DNA of 64,000 nt from an uncultured Phycisphaerales bacterium (GCA_963772725.1 CAVYYI010000004.1:64001-128000), one strand, 5' to 3'. Positions 54,362-64,000 are shown, counted from the first letter of the stretch. Program-made: numbers and translations. The notes: a model not told the origin generated them from the sequence alone.

Positions 54362-54916
54362 ATGAAAGAGAAAATTACAAAATTATTACAAAGCACTGGC
54401 CGCGAAGGAATAGATAGATTGATTAGCTGGCTTGAGGTGGATGGTTTTTTCACTTCGCCCGGATCGACTAAGTTTCATGGTTGTTACGCTGGCGGGTTGG
54501 CTCAGCACTCTTTTAACGTCTATGAGCTATTGAAAGAAGCAAATACTAAATACGCTCTTGGCTGCCCAGAAGAATCAATCGTTATTGCCGCATTACTGCA
54601 TGACGTATGCAAAGTGGGGGCATATCTTGGCAATTCAAAGCCATACTCATGGAATCGGTTACAGCCCAAAGGCCATGCGAGATTATCGGTAGAACGAATA
54701 AAGTCGTATATTTCGCTTACTGACCTTGAGGAGATGATGATTAAGTATCACATGGGTGTTTACGGATTGGAAGAGTTTGAACCGGGTAAAGGCGAATACA
54801 CTCTTCGCAATGAATCAATGGCCAATGCATGGTATCACCATCCAATTGTCAAAGTCATGTATTTCTGTGACGAATTTGCAACGCTCAAAGAAAAGTGCGA
54901 CGAACAAAACGCCTAA
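54362..54916 (+). CDS. HD-domain phosphohydrolase
   Basis: FFTSPGSTKFHG...GGLAQHS, ALLHDVCK, IKYHMG. Confidence 0.88.
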   Translation: MKEKITKLLQSTGREGIDRLISWLEVDGFFTSPGSTKFHGCYAGGLAQHSFNVYELLKEANTKYALGCPEESIVIAALLHDVCKVGAYLGNSKPYSWNRLQPKGHARLSVERIKSYISLTDLEEMMIKYHMGVYGLEEFEPGKGEYTLRNESMANAWYHHPIVKVMYFCDEFATLKEKCDEQNA

Positions 54917-54973
54917 CTCTCCGGCGATTAAAAGCGAGAGAAAAAAACTAAAAACAAAAAAAAGGAGTTTGTT

Positions 54974-55156
54974 GTGGAGAAGATTCAAAAGAATTTGGAA
55001 CGTGCATTAGCGGCTTTACAGCTTGCAAATAATGAGATTGAGCGTATGCGGATTATGAAACGGACAATATCGCAAACAGGTTCGCAGGGTGTTCTGCTTG
55101 GTGAAATCAAGAGTCAGATATGCACGTTAGAAAAGACCATTGTGCCAGTAGGTTAA
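54974..55156 (+). CDS. Hypothetical protein
   Basis: AAAGGAG SD with GTG start. Confidence 0.5.
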   Translation: MEKIQKNLERALAALQLANNEIERMRIMKRTISQTGSQGVLLGEIKSQICTLEKTIVPVG

Positions 55157-55224
55157 ACATTAAACGCCGAAACTCAAACGGCATAAATTTTGAGACAACA
55201 AACAAAACACAGGAGACAAAAAAC

Positions 55225-56052
55225 ATGAGTACAGAAATCGCAAAACAACAAGAAGTGGGCCAGTTGGCACTGGCGAAAGAGATTAACGATCTGTTCGGTG
55301 GTGACGAGATGCAGTTGCCAATCGACGCGCCATTACCTCAGATTAAGGTTATGAGAGAGACGCCGATGTTCGAGATGCCCGACGGTGAGCCGACGAAAGA
55401 AGTGGTAGGTCATATCCTTTACTTCCATAACGCCAACCAGTATTACGAAACAAAATTTGGCGATGGTGAGCAGGGTCCGCCATGCTGTGCCAGTTCGGAC
55501 GGCATTAAACCCGATGGCGGAACGAATCCGATGCCTGGGCCATGCAGAGGCTGTCCGTATAACGAGTACGGCTCAGCTAAGGATAAGGCTGGAAACGCCG
55601 AGAAGGGTAAGGCCTGCCAGAATACAATCCGTCTTTATGTTCTGGTGGATGGTAACGTGATACCGTGCCTTGTGAAGGCGTCACCATCGTCACTGGGCAA
55701 GAAGGAGAGCCTTTTGAAGTGGTTGACCAATGCCCCCAATATCGCCGCGGCAGCAGGTGCAGGGACACACTACCAGCCAATCAAGGTACGCTTTACTCTT
55801 CATAAGAAGGACTTCTCCAGTGGTATGTCGGCCAGTGTGATTGACATCGCCACGCTCCGGGTACTCGATCCAAAGAACGTCGAGGATATGGCCCAGATGA
55901 AGAAACTGGCCAAGATGTATAAAGACTTTATGGCGGTTTATGCAGGGCGTATCGCAAAGGACGTTGCCAATGAGTCCGCGGCTCCGGCAGAGGTTAACGA
56001 ACAGGGAAGCGTTAGCGCTGATATAAACGATGATTCCGAGATACCTATCTAA
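55225..56052 (+). CDS. Putative ssDNA-binding / annealing protein with Zn site
   Basis: CASSDG...CRGCPYNEYGS...GKAC; acidic tail DINDDSEIPI. Confidence 0.6.
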   Translation: MSTEIAKQQEVGQLALAKEINDLFGGDEMQLPIDAPLPQIKVMRETPMFEMPDGEPTKEVVGHILYFHNANQYYETKFGDGEQGPPCCASSDGIKPDGGTNPMPGPCRGCPYNEYGSAKDKAGNAEKGKACQNTIRLYVLVDGNVIPCLVKASPSSLGKKESLLKWLTNAPNIAAAAGAGTHYQPIKVRFTLHKKDFSSGMSASVIDIATLRVLDPKNVEDMAQMKKLAKMYKDFMAVYAGRIAKDVANESAAPAEVNEQGSVSADINDDSEIPI

Positions 56053-56109
56053 TATTTCTCAATTCCCCCCGATGTGGGGCGGTAATCGTGTGGTTATCGC
56101 CCCATTAAT

Positions 56110-56182
56110 CGCAGTGTAGAGAAGTAGTTATCTCGCTTGGTTCATAACCAAGAGACCGCAGGTGCAAATCCTGCCACTGCTA
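56110..56182 (+). tRNA. tRNA-Met(CAT), initiator-like, phage encoded, CCA not encoded
   Basis: CGCAGTG/CACTGCT acceptor, GAGA/TCTC D stem, CTTGG-TTCATAA-CCAAG anticodon arm, GCAGG-TGCAAAT-CCTGC T arm. Confidence 0.85.
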
Positions 56183-56229
56183 ATAAGTAAGATTTTGAAA
56201 CAGTCAACATTAACAAAAGGAATTGGGAA

Positions 56230-56397
56230 ATGGATAGACTTGAGAAACAAATACACAGAGAAGCGGAGCTCCAAAGGCGATTAGCGAAGTGGGGTAAAGT
56301 AAAGCCACATTGGTTTATCAGATTAATCGGTGCAATCTGGTTCGGGCTGACGTTTTGGATTGATGATGAAATTTCAATTATTGCAGAAAGGAATTGA
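56230..56397 (+). CDS. 55-aa small membrane-associated protein
   Basis: SD present; WFIRLIGAIWFGLTFWI. Confidence 0.5.
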   Translation: MDRLEKQIHREAELQRRLAKWGKVKPHWFIRLIGAIWFGLTFWIDDEISIIAERN

Positions 56398-56400
56398 GAA

Positions 56401-57375
56401 ATGCAAGCGTACAAGGGAATGGACAAGAACATGAAGTGCCGAGACTTTCAGTATGAAGTCGGCAAAGAGTATGAACACAAGGGCGATGTTAAACTTTGCG
56501 AAAGCGGTTTTCATGCCTGCGAAAATCCGCTGGATGTATGGAATTACTATCCTCTAAATACAAGCAGATTTTTTGAGGTGCAGCAGGACGGCCAAACCAA
56601 AACAGATACAGATAAAACAGTATCTTCTAAGATACAGATTAAAGCAGAGTTATCTTTATCTGCCTTTATAAAATGCGGCATTGAATTCTTATGGCAGAAA
56701 ATCAAGAATTCAGCGACCACTGGCAATTATGCACATTCAGCGACCACTGGCGATGAGGCACATTCAGCGACCACTGGCAATTATGCACATTCAGCGACCA
56801 CTGGCGATGAGGCACATTCAGCGACCACTGGCGATGAGGCACATTCAGCGACCACTGGCAATTATGCACATTCAGCGACCACTGGCGATGAGGCACATTC
56901 AGCGACCACTGGCAATTATGCACATTCAGCGACCACTGGCAATTATGCACATTCAGCGACCACTGGCGATTATGCACATTCAGCGACCACTGGCAATTAT
57001 GCACATTCAGCGACCACTGGCGATGAGGCACATTCAGCGACCACTGGCAATTATGCACATTCAGCGACCACTGGCAATTATGCACATTCAGCGACCACTG
57101 GCAATTATGCACATTCAGCGACCACTGGCAATTATGCACATTCAGCGACCACTGGCGATGAGGCGATAGCATCAGCGTTAGGCGTCAACTCCAGAGCTAA
57201 AGCCGTCAATGGCTGGATTATACTTGTGGATTGGCGATATGGCGATAATAAGTGGAATATCAAAAATATTCATCACGCCAAAGTCGGTGAGAAAATCCAA
57301 AGAACGAAAATCAAACCAGATGTTTGGTATTGGTTTAAAGATGGTAAGCTTAAATCAGAAAAAGCAGGGGAGTAA
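56401..57375 (+). CDS. Phage protein with nonapeptide repeat region
   Basis: AYKGMDKNMKCRDFQYEVG...CESGFHACENPLDV head, repeats, IKPDVWY tail. Confidence 0.85.
   Translation: MQAYKGMDKNMKCRDFQYEVGKEYEHKGDVKLCESGFHACENPLDVWNYYPLNTSRFFEVQQDGQTKTDTDKTVSSKIQIKAELSLSAFIKCGIEFLWQKIKNSATTGNYAHSATTGDEAHSATTGNYAHSATTGDEAHSATTGDEAHSATTGNYAHSATTGDEAHSATTGNYAHSATTGNYAHSATTGDYAHSATTGNYAHSATTGDEAHSATTGNYAHSATTGNYAHSATTGNYAHSATTGNYAHSATTGDEAIASALGVNSRAKAVNGWIILVDWRYGDNKWNIKNIHHAKVGEKIQRTKIKPDVWYWFKDGKLKSEKAGE
56710..57168 (+). repeat. 17 x 27-bp coding tandem repeat
   Basis: TCAGCGACCACTGGC(AATTAT/GATGAG/GATTAT)GCACAT. Confidence 0.97.
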
Positions 57376-57379
57376 AAAT

Positions 57380-58792
57380 ATGAAACCTTTTGCTCATCAA
57401 GAAGAAGCGATTGATATAGGCAAGCGAGGCCCTCATGCCTTCTTCCATGATTGTGGATGCGGTAAGACGTTCACTGCCCTGCAAATTATCAAATATTGGA
57501 AAGATCGCGGCATAGGGCCTGTGATAGTAGTTTGTCCATTATCGATCATCGATGCGGCATGGCTGGAAGATTGCAGGAAGTTCACGCCAGAACTGTCTAT
57601 CGTATCGCTGCACAGCGACAAACCAGCCGAACGCAAGAAACGATTAATGGGCAGCTATGATATTTATGTCGCTAATTTCGAGACGTTCAAATCACTCTTC
57701 AAGGAGATACAGCTTAAAGGTTTTCAGGTTATTATCGTTGATGAGTCCAGCAAGATGAAATGCCCCACCAGCCAGATTACCAGGGCATTGCTCAGTATGG
57801 CTGGTATTGCAATGAAGGCAAAGAGCGGCATTAAATACCCTGCCCAGTACATCATACCGTTCAGGTACATCTTGTCGGGTACTCCGGCCCCGAATTCAGA
57901 AGATGAGTATTGGAGTCAAACAAAGTTCATCACAGGCCCCGGCAATAACGTCTTCAATGATAACTTCTACGCATTCCGCAACAGGTACTTCTACGCCATC
58001 CCGCTGGGCCGTACTGGCCAGAATATCTGGAAGTTCAGGAGAGAGACGCGTCCAGAGTTTATGGACAAGCTTAAAGAGGTTGCTCACGTAGTACGCAAGG
58101 AAGATGCAGTTGACCTGCCGGAGCAGACGCACGAGAAGAGGATAGTTATATTATCGCCCGAAGAGCAGAAGGCATACGACACGCTCAAGAATGACCTTGT
58201 GCTGGCGTTTGCCAATGAGACGATACTCGCAACATCGGCACTTGTTGAGGTTATGAAGCTTCGGCAGATAACTTCCGGCTTCTTATATGGCGATGTCATT
58301 CACCAGATTGGCAACAGTAAACTTAATGAACTGAAGGGCCTGCTGGAAGAGATTGGTGATAAGCAGGTCATTATCTGGGCTAACTTCAGGCATGAGATTG
58401 GACAATTATTAAAAGAGCTGCCAAGCAGTGACGCCCTTTGGTCAGGTTGTCCCGATAGAGACAAGACCATTCAGGGTTTCCAGAATAAGCAATATCAATA
58501 TCTGATAGCCAATCCGCAATCGGCGGCGCATGGCCTGACATTTACAAACTGTAATTACGCAGTTTATTTCTCTCTGAATTACAGCTATGAGCTTCAAAAG
58601 CAATCACAGGATAGGATACACCGCATCGGCCAGAAATGGCCCTGCACATACTACTATCTCATCGCAAGAGGAACGGTTGATGAGGTCATATACAAAACTG
58701 TTGGCGGCAAGGCGGAGCTAAGCACGGAAGTATTGAATTATCTAAGGATGGATAAGAATGGTAACCGAAACAGACAATTCCAAACCGCGTAA
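57380..58792 (+). CDS. SNF2-family helicase
   Basis: HDCGCGKT, VDESS, LSGTP, GLTF, QSQDRIHRIGQ. Confidence 0.92.
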   Translation: MKPFAHQEEAIDIGKRGPHAFFHDCGCGKTFTALQIIKYWKDRGIGPVIVVCPLSIIDAAWLEDCRKFTPELSIVSLHSDKPAERKKRLMGSYDIYVANFETFKSLFKEIQLKGFQVIIVDESSKMKCPTSQITRALLSMAGIAMKAKSGIKYPAQYIIPFRYILSGTPAPNSEDEYWSQTKFITGPGNNVFNDNFYAFRNRYFYAIPLGRTGQNIWKFRRETRPEFMDKLKEVAHVVRKEDAVDLPEQTHEKRIVILSPEEQKAYDTLKNDLVLAFANETILATSALVEVMKLRQITSGFLYGDVIHQIGNSKLNELKGLLEEIGDKQVIIWANFRHEIGQLLKELPSSDALWSGCPDRDKTIQGFQNKQYQYLIANPQSAAHGLTFTNCNYAVYFSLNYSYELQKQSQDRIHRIGQKWPCTYYYLIARGTVDEVIYKTVGGKAELSTEVLNYLRMDKNGNRNRQFQTA

Positions 58793-59525
58793 AATCAGAG
58801 CATTAGATTTATTCTGCAAAGCAGGCGGTGCAAGTGGCGGCCTTGTCGATGCAGGCTTTGATGTTACTGGCGTAGATATAGAGCCACAGCCGAATTATCC
58901 TTATCGCTTCATGCGGGCTGATGCTGTTAGTCTCGTGCCTGAATTCTTAAGGCTGTTCGATTTCATCTGGGCCAGTCCGCCATGCCAGCGATATAGTGCA
59001 ATGACCAAGCGATGGGGACATCGAAACAAGAAACATCCCGACCTCGTCGGGCCTGTACGTGAAATGCTTAAGTCGTCAGGCGTACCTTATGTCATAGAGA
59101 ACGTGATGGGTTCTCCGCTGGAGAATGCTGTAATGCTTTGCGGCTCAATGTTCGGCCTGCAAACAAAACAAGGTAGCCAGTTAAGACGGCACAGACTATT
59201 CGAGGCCAGCTTCCCAATTAAACAGCTTAAATGCCAGCATAATGATGGCTCTGCGATCGGAGTGTATGGGGGGGGGCAACATCCACAAAGACGAATTCCA
59301 GCAACAATAGGCGTTTACGGCCATGCGGGCGGCTCCAGCAAGAGAGACAATCTGGATATGGCCTGCTTTACTACTCAGGCCCGAAGGGACGCTATGGGTA
59401 TTCAGTGGATGTCAGGGAAAGAATTATCTCAGGCGGTTCCTCCTGCTTACGCTCATTATATTGCGACAGAGTTCTTGAGGTCAATACCGTCTGTTCAAGA
59501 GGAGGTGCATAATGGAGTCGCGTAA
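58758..59525 (+). CDS. DNA cytosine-C5 methyltransferase (short, orphan)
   Basis: LDLFCKAGG, ASPPCQ, IENV, RHRLFE, QAVPP. Confidence 0.85.
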   Translation: MVTETDNSKPRKIRALDLFCKAGGASGGLVDAGFDVTGVDIEPQPNYPYRFMRADAVSLVPEFLRLFDFIWASPPCQRYSAMTKRWGHRNKKHPDLVGPVREMLKSSGVPYVIENVMGSPLENAVMLCGSMFGLQTKQGSQLRRHRLFEASFPIKQLKCQHNDGSAIGVYGGGQHPQRRIPATIGVYGHAGGSSKRDNLDMACFTTQARRDAMGIQWMSGKELSQAVPPAYAHYIATEFLRSIPSVQEEVHNGVA

Positions 59526-59814
59526 AACCGGATCACAAATACAATCCGCGATACTGGACTACGTCCGGCACAAAACCAATGGCCGCATATTGGCCTACAA
59601 AGTCGAGATAGCATCAGAGCGGGGCGTACCAGACCTGCTTTGCTGTATTAACGGCAGGTTCGTTGGTATCGAGATTAAAGGGGCCAGTGACAGCATTACA
59701 CCAATCCAGGTAGCCCAGGCAGCGAGAATCATAACGGCAGGGGGCAAATGTCATGTAGTTAAAAGCTTGAACGATTTCAAGCAGGTTTTAATTAAGTTAG
59801 GAGAAGAAATATAA
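59512..59814 (+). CDS. VRR-NUC (PD-(D/E)xK) nuclease
   Basis: GVPDL...GRFVGIEIK...TPIQ. Confidence 0.88.
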   Translation: MESRKTGSQIQSAILDYVRHKTNGRILAYKVEIASERGVPDLLCCINGRFVGIEIKGASDSITPIQVAQAARIITAGGKCHVVKSLNDFKQVLIKLGEEI

Positions 59815-60285
59815 TGGCAAAAGTAATTCAGAAGGAAATGGACAAAATTAAGCAAGTGGCCGCGGAGCTGCTCGTCTCGAACGAAAAAGATTAAGAAAGA
59901 CGATCTTGTTCGTGCCACAATCCAGACAGAACCGCTGGTAGTGAAGCTGACGGAAGCAGAACTGCTTGAGGCGGGCTCTAATCTGGCTCAGGCGTTGGCT
60001 GATGAAGCGGCGTTAGAGCAGGAGAAGGCACAGATGGCTTCCAGCTATGCCGCTAAAATCAAAGAGGCCAGCGGCAAAATCGACAATCTGCGTATGCTTG
60101 TCAAAAACAAAAGCGATATGCGGAAGGTCGATTGCGTTGAGGTTATGGATAACTCAAGCGGGCTTGTCTTTGTTGTCCGTATGGATACCAAAGAAATTAT
60201 CCGCGAACGTAAAATGACCAGCGACGAACGGCAATCCGAGATTATCTGGCCGGACGAAGCAGGGCAGCCAGAGGATAAAGAATAA
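59814..60285 (+). CDS. Hypothetical protein (probable indel near 59880)
   Basis: ORF 59941-60285 extends upstream in frame to ~59885; SD and ATG at 59814. Confidence 0.55.
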
Positions 60286-61334
60286 TGATAGCCGTCGAGG
60301 TATCACAACAGCAGGGACAGGCCATTACGCAGGCCGTTGATGCGGTAAAGGCAGGGAAGCCGCTTTACCGCATCGGCGGTTACGCCGGAACAGGCAAGAC
60401 GACCGTCGCCAAGTATATCGTTGAAGAGGTAGAGGATGCGATGGTATGTGCCTTTACTGGCAAGGCCGCCTGCAGGTTAAGAGAGAAGGGATTACCACAG
60501 GCGATAACAATACACCGGACTATTTATTATTTCGATCCTTCCAGTGGCAAATTCCATCTTAAACCGGAGGTTGACGGCAAGTACTTCTTAATCGACGAAG
60601 GCTCAATGATAAGCCTGCCAATCTGGAATGACCTTCAAACGTTCAATCTGCCAATTATCCTGCTCGGCGATCCGGGCCAGCTTGAGCCAATTGGTAACGA
60701 TCCGAAGCTTATGCACGATCCGGATATCGTCCTCAATCAGATACACAGGCAGGCGGAGGGTTGCGGCATTATACAATTCGCCACGGATATCAGGCTCGAT
60801 CGTCAATTATATCAAAATTACCTTGATTGCCAGATTTATCGCGGGCAAAAGCCGCTGGTTAAAGACATTAAGTGGGCTGATATTATTATATGCGGTTATA
60901 ACCGCACAAGGCTCGTAATCAACAGGCTTATCAGGCAGATAAACGGATTTACAGGCCTGCTTAATAAAGATGAGAAGATAATAGTTCTCAAGAACAATCC
61001 CGCGGTCGGCGTCTTCAACGGCCAGATACTAACAGTTAAAGAGGTCATATCAAGCAACAAGCTTATAACCAAGGCTATCTGCTCTACGGACGACGGCATC
61101 GACCTGACATTGCCATTAGTCACCGCCCAGTTCGGTTCCGATCCCATCAAATCTACCGACAGGGTGAATGTGTACGCTGACTATGGGTATTGCATCACGT
61201 GCCATAAGTCACAGGGCAGCGAGTGGGACAAGGTTCTTGTTATCGACGAGCAATGCGACGCATGGGAGGCGAAGCGGTGGAGATATACGGCAATAACCAG
61301 GGCGGCAAGGGAAGTGAGGTACTTTTTTAAATGA
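60285..61334 (+). CDS. RecD/Dda-like SF1 helicase
   Basis: GYAGTGKTT, IDEGSM, GDPGQL, HRQ, TCHKSQGSEW, YTAITRA. Confidence 0.92.
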   Translation: MIAVEVSQQQGQAITQAVDAVKAGKPLYRIGGYAGTGKTTVAKYIVEEVEDAMVCAFTGKAACRLREKGLPQAITIHRTIYYFDPSSGKFHLKPEVDGKYFLIDEGSMISLPIWNDLQTFNLPIILLGDPGQLEPIGNDPKLMHDPDIVLNQIHRQAEGCGIIQFATDIRLDRQLYQNYLDCQIYRGQKPLVKDIKWADIIICGYNRTRLVINRLIRQINGFTGLLNKDEKIIVLKNNPAVGVFNGQILTVKEVISSNKLITKAICSTDDGIDLTLPLVTAQFGSDPIKSTDRVNVYADYGYCITCHKSQGSEWDKVLVIDEQCDAWEAKRWRYTAITRAAREVRYFFK

Positions 61335-61498
61335 GCGACCAAAAAGAGCTTAGGAAAATGTTGAAAGATTTACTCAATCTCGAAAGTGGTTTATCGGATT
61401 GGGAAATTGAATTCATTGATAGCCTGAATAATTGGGTTAATGATTTCACACCTAAGCAGATTAATAAAATTGAAGCATTATGGGGAAAGCACTTTTAA
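61331..61498 (+). CDS. 55-aa phage protein (LSDWEIEFIDSL...TPKQ)
   Basis: GAGG SD; ATGA overlap. Confidence 0.6.
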   Translation: MSDQKELRKMLKDLLNLESGLSDWEIEFIDSLNNWVNDFTPKQINKIEALWGKHF

Positions 61499-61499
61499 A

Positions 61500-63887
61500 A
61501 TGATAAAAGACTTCACTCAACATCTCGGTTTAAAGTTCCTTCGTCAGGAAGGTAACGAGCTTATACACGAGTGTCCATGGTGCAGTGGCCCTAAGTTCTA
61601 CGTGAACAGCACGACAGGGGCCTGGCAATGCTTCCACGGATGCGGAGAGGGCCATCCATACCAGTTGGTAAAGAAATTGACGGCACTGGAAGCCAAGGGA
61701 GTATTTGAATTACTGGAGCGGTTCGGCCTCGGTCAGGATACGGCAAAGACGCATCAGCCGACCGAGCAGGCTGTTAAGAAGCTGTATTTGAAGCCGGAGG
61801 ACGTCAGGACGCTCCCATTGCTCGATCAGCTTACGTTCTGCCATGCCAAGGGCCTAAGTCGCGACGCATTAGCCAAGCTAAGGCCATATCGCCACGCCAG
61901 AGAGCCGTGGGTACTCATTCCCGCGTTCGACCCGGGTGATATGAACAAAGCCTGCGGATGGATCCGTTCAGGTATTGACGGCCAGCTAATACCCATCAAG
62001 TACATGGAGGATGGCGTAGTAAAGGTCAAAGAAGAGAAATATCCGGTTGTTAAAGGCTCTCAGCCGGGCCTGCTGGGCCTGCACGCACTGGGAGAGCGTC
62101 AAACGGACACTATTTATTACGTAGAGGGGTGGAAAGATTTAACCGCGGCATTGCAGTTTAACCTGCCGGCACTTGCTAATAGCAATGGAGCGGGCAAATG
62201 GCGGGATAGCTGGCTCAAAGTCTTTAAAGATAAGATCGTCTATATCGTAGGCGATTGCGACGATGCCGGCGTTAAAGGCGCCAAGAAGTTCGCCGCGGCG
62301 ATCCACGGCACAGCCAAGGACGTGCTGATTGTGTCCCTGCCCTACGAACACAGGCCCAAGAACGGCGAGGATCTGCACGATTACATCGTCCGCGATAAAC
62401 ATACCAAAGAAGACCTGCAGGCGTTGATTAATAAGGCGGCCAGGTATGTGCCGGAGCCAGAGCAGGCCAATAAAGGGATTATCATACTCCCGGACGACAA
62501 TCCAGATACGATTGCCGAGGCGTTCTGGCGTAATAGCAGAGATAAAGACGTGCAGCACAAGTATAACCGCTATGACGGATGGAGTATTTACCACAAAGAC
62601 AAATACCAGCGGGTAGAGGATATTAAAGAGATAAGGCTCCATATCCGCAAATTTATAGCTAAATGCTGTCTCAAGAAGAAGGGCGTTAATATCCGTATCA
62701 AACAATCGTCCGGCTTCATCGGCGATATCCTTGAGGCATTAGCGGCCATGGAAGAGGTACATTTACTGCCCAGTAAGAAGGCCCCATGCTCATTAGATGG
62801 AAAGCTTAATGCCCAATACACAATCGCGACAAACAATGCCTTAATCGATATATCATCGAGGCCCTATAAGGTTGAACCAGTATCAAAACAGTTCTACACG
62901 CTGAATTACCTGACATATAACTACGAAAAAGATGCTTTCTCAGATAAATGGGGAAGCTTCCTCGCGGATATCACACAAAGCGATTTAGATTTAATGCTGT
63001 TATTGCAGCAATGGTGTGGATATCTGTTATTGCCAACGCTCAAGTATCAAAAATTCGTTATATGCGTCGGAGATGGAGCTAACGGTAAAGGAGTGTTCTT
63101 CGACACAATAACAGCCGCCCTGGGCCGAAAGAATGTGTCTAATGTGCCTCTTGCCCGGTTTGATAATCCGTATGCAATCTATGGCTCGTACGGCAAGCTG
63201 GTGAATATGTCCAATGAAAATGCAAGGAATATCGAGGATGGGGCAGAGTCGCTCATTAAAGAGTATGTTGCAGGCGATCAGATTGTTTGGGAGCAAAAGT
63301 ACAAAGACGCCTTTTTCGCATTTCCAACAGCTAAGCTTATGTTTGCCACAAACGAATTACCTAAAATCAAAGATGTCTCAGATGGTATCTGGCGTAGATT
63401 GATACTTATCCCATTCAATGCCAAGTTCACGGGCAATAAACAAAATACAAATCTGGCAAAGGAATTGCAACAGCCAGAAGAGTTGGCGGGAATACTAAAT
63501 TGGATGCTGGAAGGGGCAGAGATTTTAGAAAAGAGTAAGGGATTTATTGAGCCAAATATATGCAAAAATGCTCTCGATAAATACCGCGACGAGAGCGATT
63601 CCGTGAGAATGTTCTTAACGGAAATGATGGAAATTGACCCTGACGGAGAGACAGAAAACGCCTGCCAAATTCCCTGCACTTGGCTACATCAACAGTACCA
63701 AAAATGGTGCGACGAGAATGGCTTCAAGGCTAAAAATAACGTCCATTTTGGACAGACTGTCTTCCAACTTTACCCTGTCCAAAAATCTCGTCCATGGTTC
63801 GGAGAACGAAAAGTTAACGTCTATGTTGGGATGAAACCGCAAGAAGGTAGTGAGATTTTCGGAGAACTCAAAAAATGGACAGCATAA
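61500..63887 (+). CDS. Primase-helicase (Zn finger + TOPRIM + D5/SF3 helicase)
   Basis: CPWC...CFHGC, VEGWKD, DCDDAG, GDGANGKG, ATNELP, GIWRR. Confidence 0.92.
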   Translation: MIKDFTQHLGLKFLRQEGNELIHECPWCSGPKFYVNSTTGAWQCFHGCGEGHPYQLVKKLTALEAKGVFELLERFGLGQDTAKTHQPTEQAVKKLYLKPEDVRTLPLLDQLTFCHAKGLSRDALAKLRPYRHAREPWVLIPAFDPGDMNKACGWIRSGIDGQLIPIKYMEDGVVKVKEEKYPVVKGSQPGLLGLHALGERQTDTIYYVEGWKDLTAALQFNLPALANSNGAGKWRDSWLKVFKDKIVYIVGDCDDAGVKGAKKFAAAIHGTAKDVLIVSLPYEHRPKNGEDLHDYIVRDKHTKEDLQALINKAARYVPEPEQANKGIIILPDDNPDTIAEAFWRNSRDKDVQHKYNRYDGWSIYHKDKYQRVEDIKEIRLHIRKFIAKCCLKKKGVNIRIKQSSGFIGDILEALAAMEEVHLLPSKKAPCSLDGKLNAQYTIATNNALIDISSRPYKVEPVSKQFYTLNYLTYNYEKDAFSDKWGSFLADITQSDLDLMLLLQQWCGYLLLPTLKYQKFVICVGDGANGKGVFFDTITAALGRKNVSNVPLARFDNPYAIYGSYGKLVNMSNENARNIEDGAESLIKEYVAGDQIVWEQKYKDAFFAFPTAKLMFATNELPKIKDVSDGIWRRLILIPFNAKFTGNKQNTNLAKELQQPEELAGILNWMLEGAEILEKSKGFIEPNICKNALDKYRDESDSVRMFLTEMMEIDPDGETENACQIPCTWLHQQYQKWCDENGFKAKNNVHFGQTVFQLYPVQKSRPWFGERKVNVYVGMKPQEGSEIFGELKKWTA

Positions 63888-64000
63888 CAAGACAACTGGA
63901 CAATATAAGCCATGTCCAAAAAAATGGCGTTTCTGGTGAAATAACTGGGGATTTAACGCTTGGACGTAGTGGACATAGTAGTTTTATAGAAAAACTAATA

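Larger units (their letters stand above)
20234..64000. mobile_element. Prophage (temperate, P22-like podovirus architecture); right end lies beyond the window
   Basis: att site, contiguous packaging/head/short-tail/ejection genes, divergent switch region, replication genes; no tape measure or tail tube gene. Confidence 0.93.

Noticed and set aside
56710..57168. CRISPR array
   Set aside because: Units are contiguous 27-mers with only a 6-nt variable part, in frame inside a CDS; no unique spacers and no cas genes
56681..57172. Alternative-frame repeat ORFs (HIQRPLAIM / QWSLNVHNC)
   Set aside because: By-product of a stop-free 27-bp repeat
20541..63887. Stop-codon reassignment in the phage
   Set aside because: Genes are long and densely packed under the standard bacterial code; no suppressor tRNA

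Overview
Two parts. (i) 1-20.2 kb is host chromosome, most likely a planctomycete of the Phycisphaerae/Sedimentisphaerales type; this is inferred from the PEP-CTERM motif, DxNGDCxVDxxD dockerin-like tails and Gly-rich secreted proteins. It holds three paralogous modular secreted glycan-active proteins (one a GH16), an IS5 element, an anmK-murQ-SSS transporter operon, ettA, an MBL hydrolase and decayed island debris. Many of these genes carry 1-bp indels that look like assembly errors. (ii) From a 3'-half tRNA-Arg(TCG) att site at 20234-20280 to the window end lies a prophage of more than 43 kb with a P22-like podovirus gene order: TerS, TerL, portal, scaffold, capsid, tail adaptor/fibre/hub, needle-like ORF, GNAT and ejection proteins. 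After these come a leftward moron/immunity block, an IS21 inserted in the first early gene, and a replication module (SSB-like, tRNA-Met, SNF2, C5-MTase, VRR-NUC, RecD-like helicase, primase-helicase). Most notable: a ~2655-aa ejection-position polyvalent protein carrying a beta-clamp-like domain and a zeta-like kinase; an apparent ribbon-helix-helix pair forming the lysis/lysogeny switch; a duplicated needle-like module; and a signal-peptide beta-helix protein between terminase and portal. All calls come from reading motifs by eye; no database search was run.
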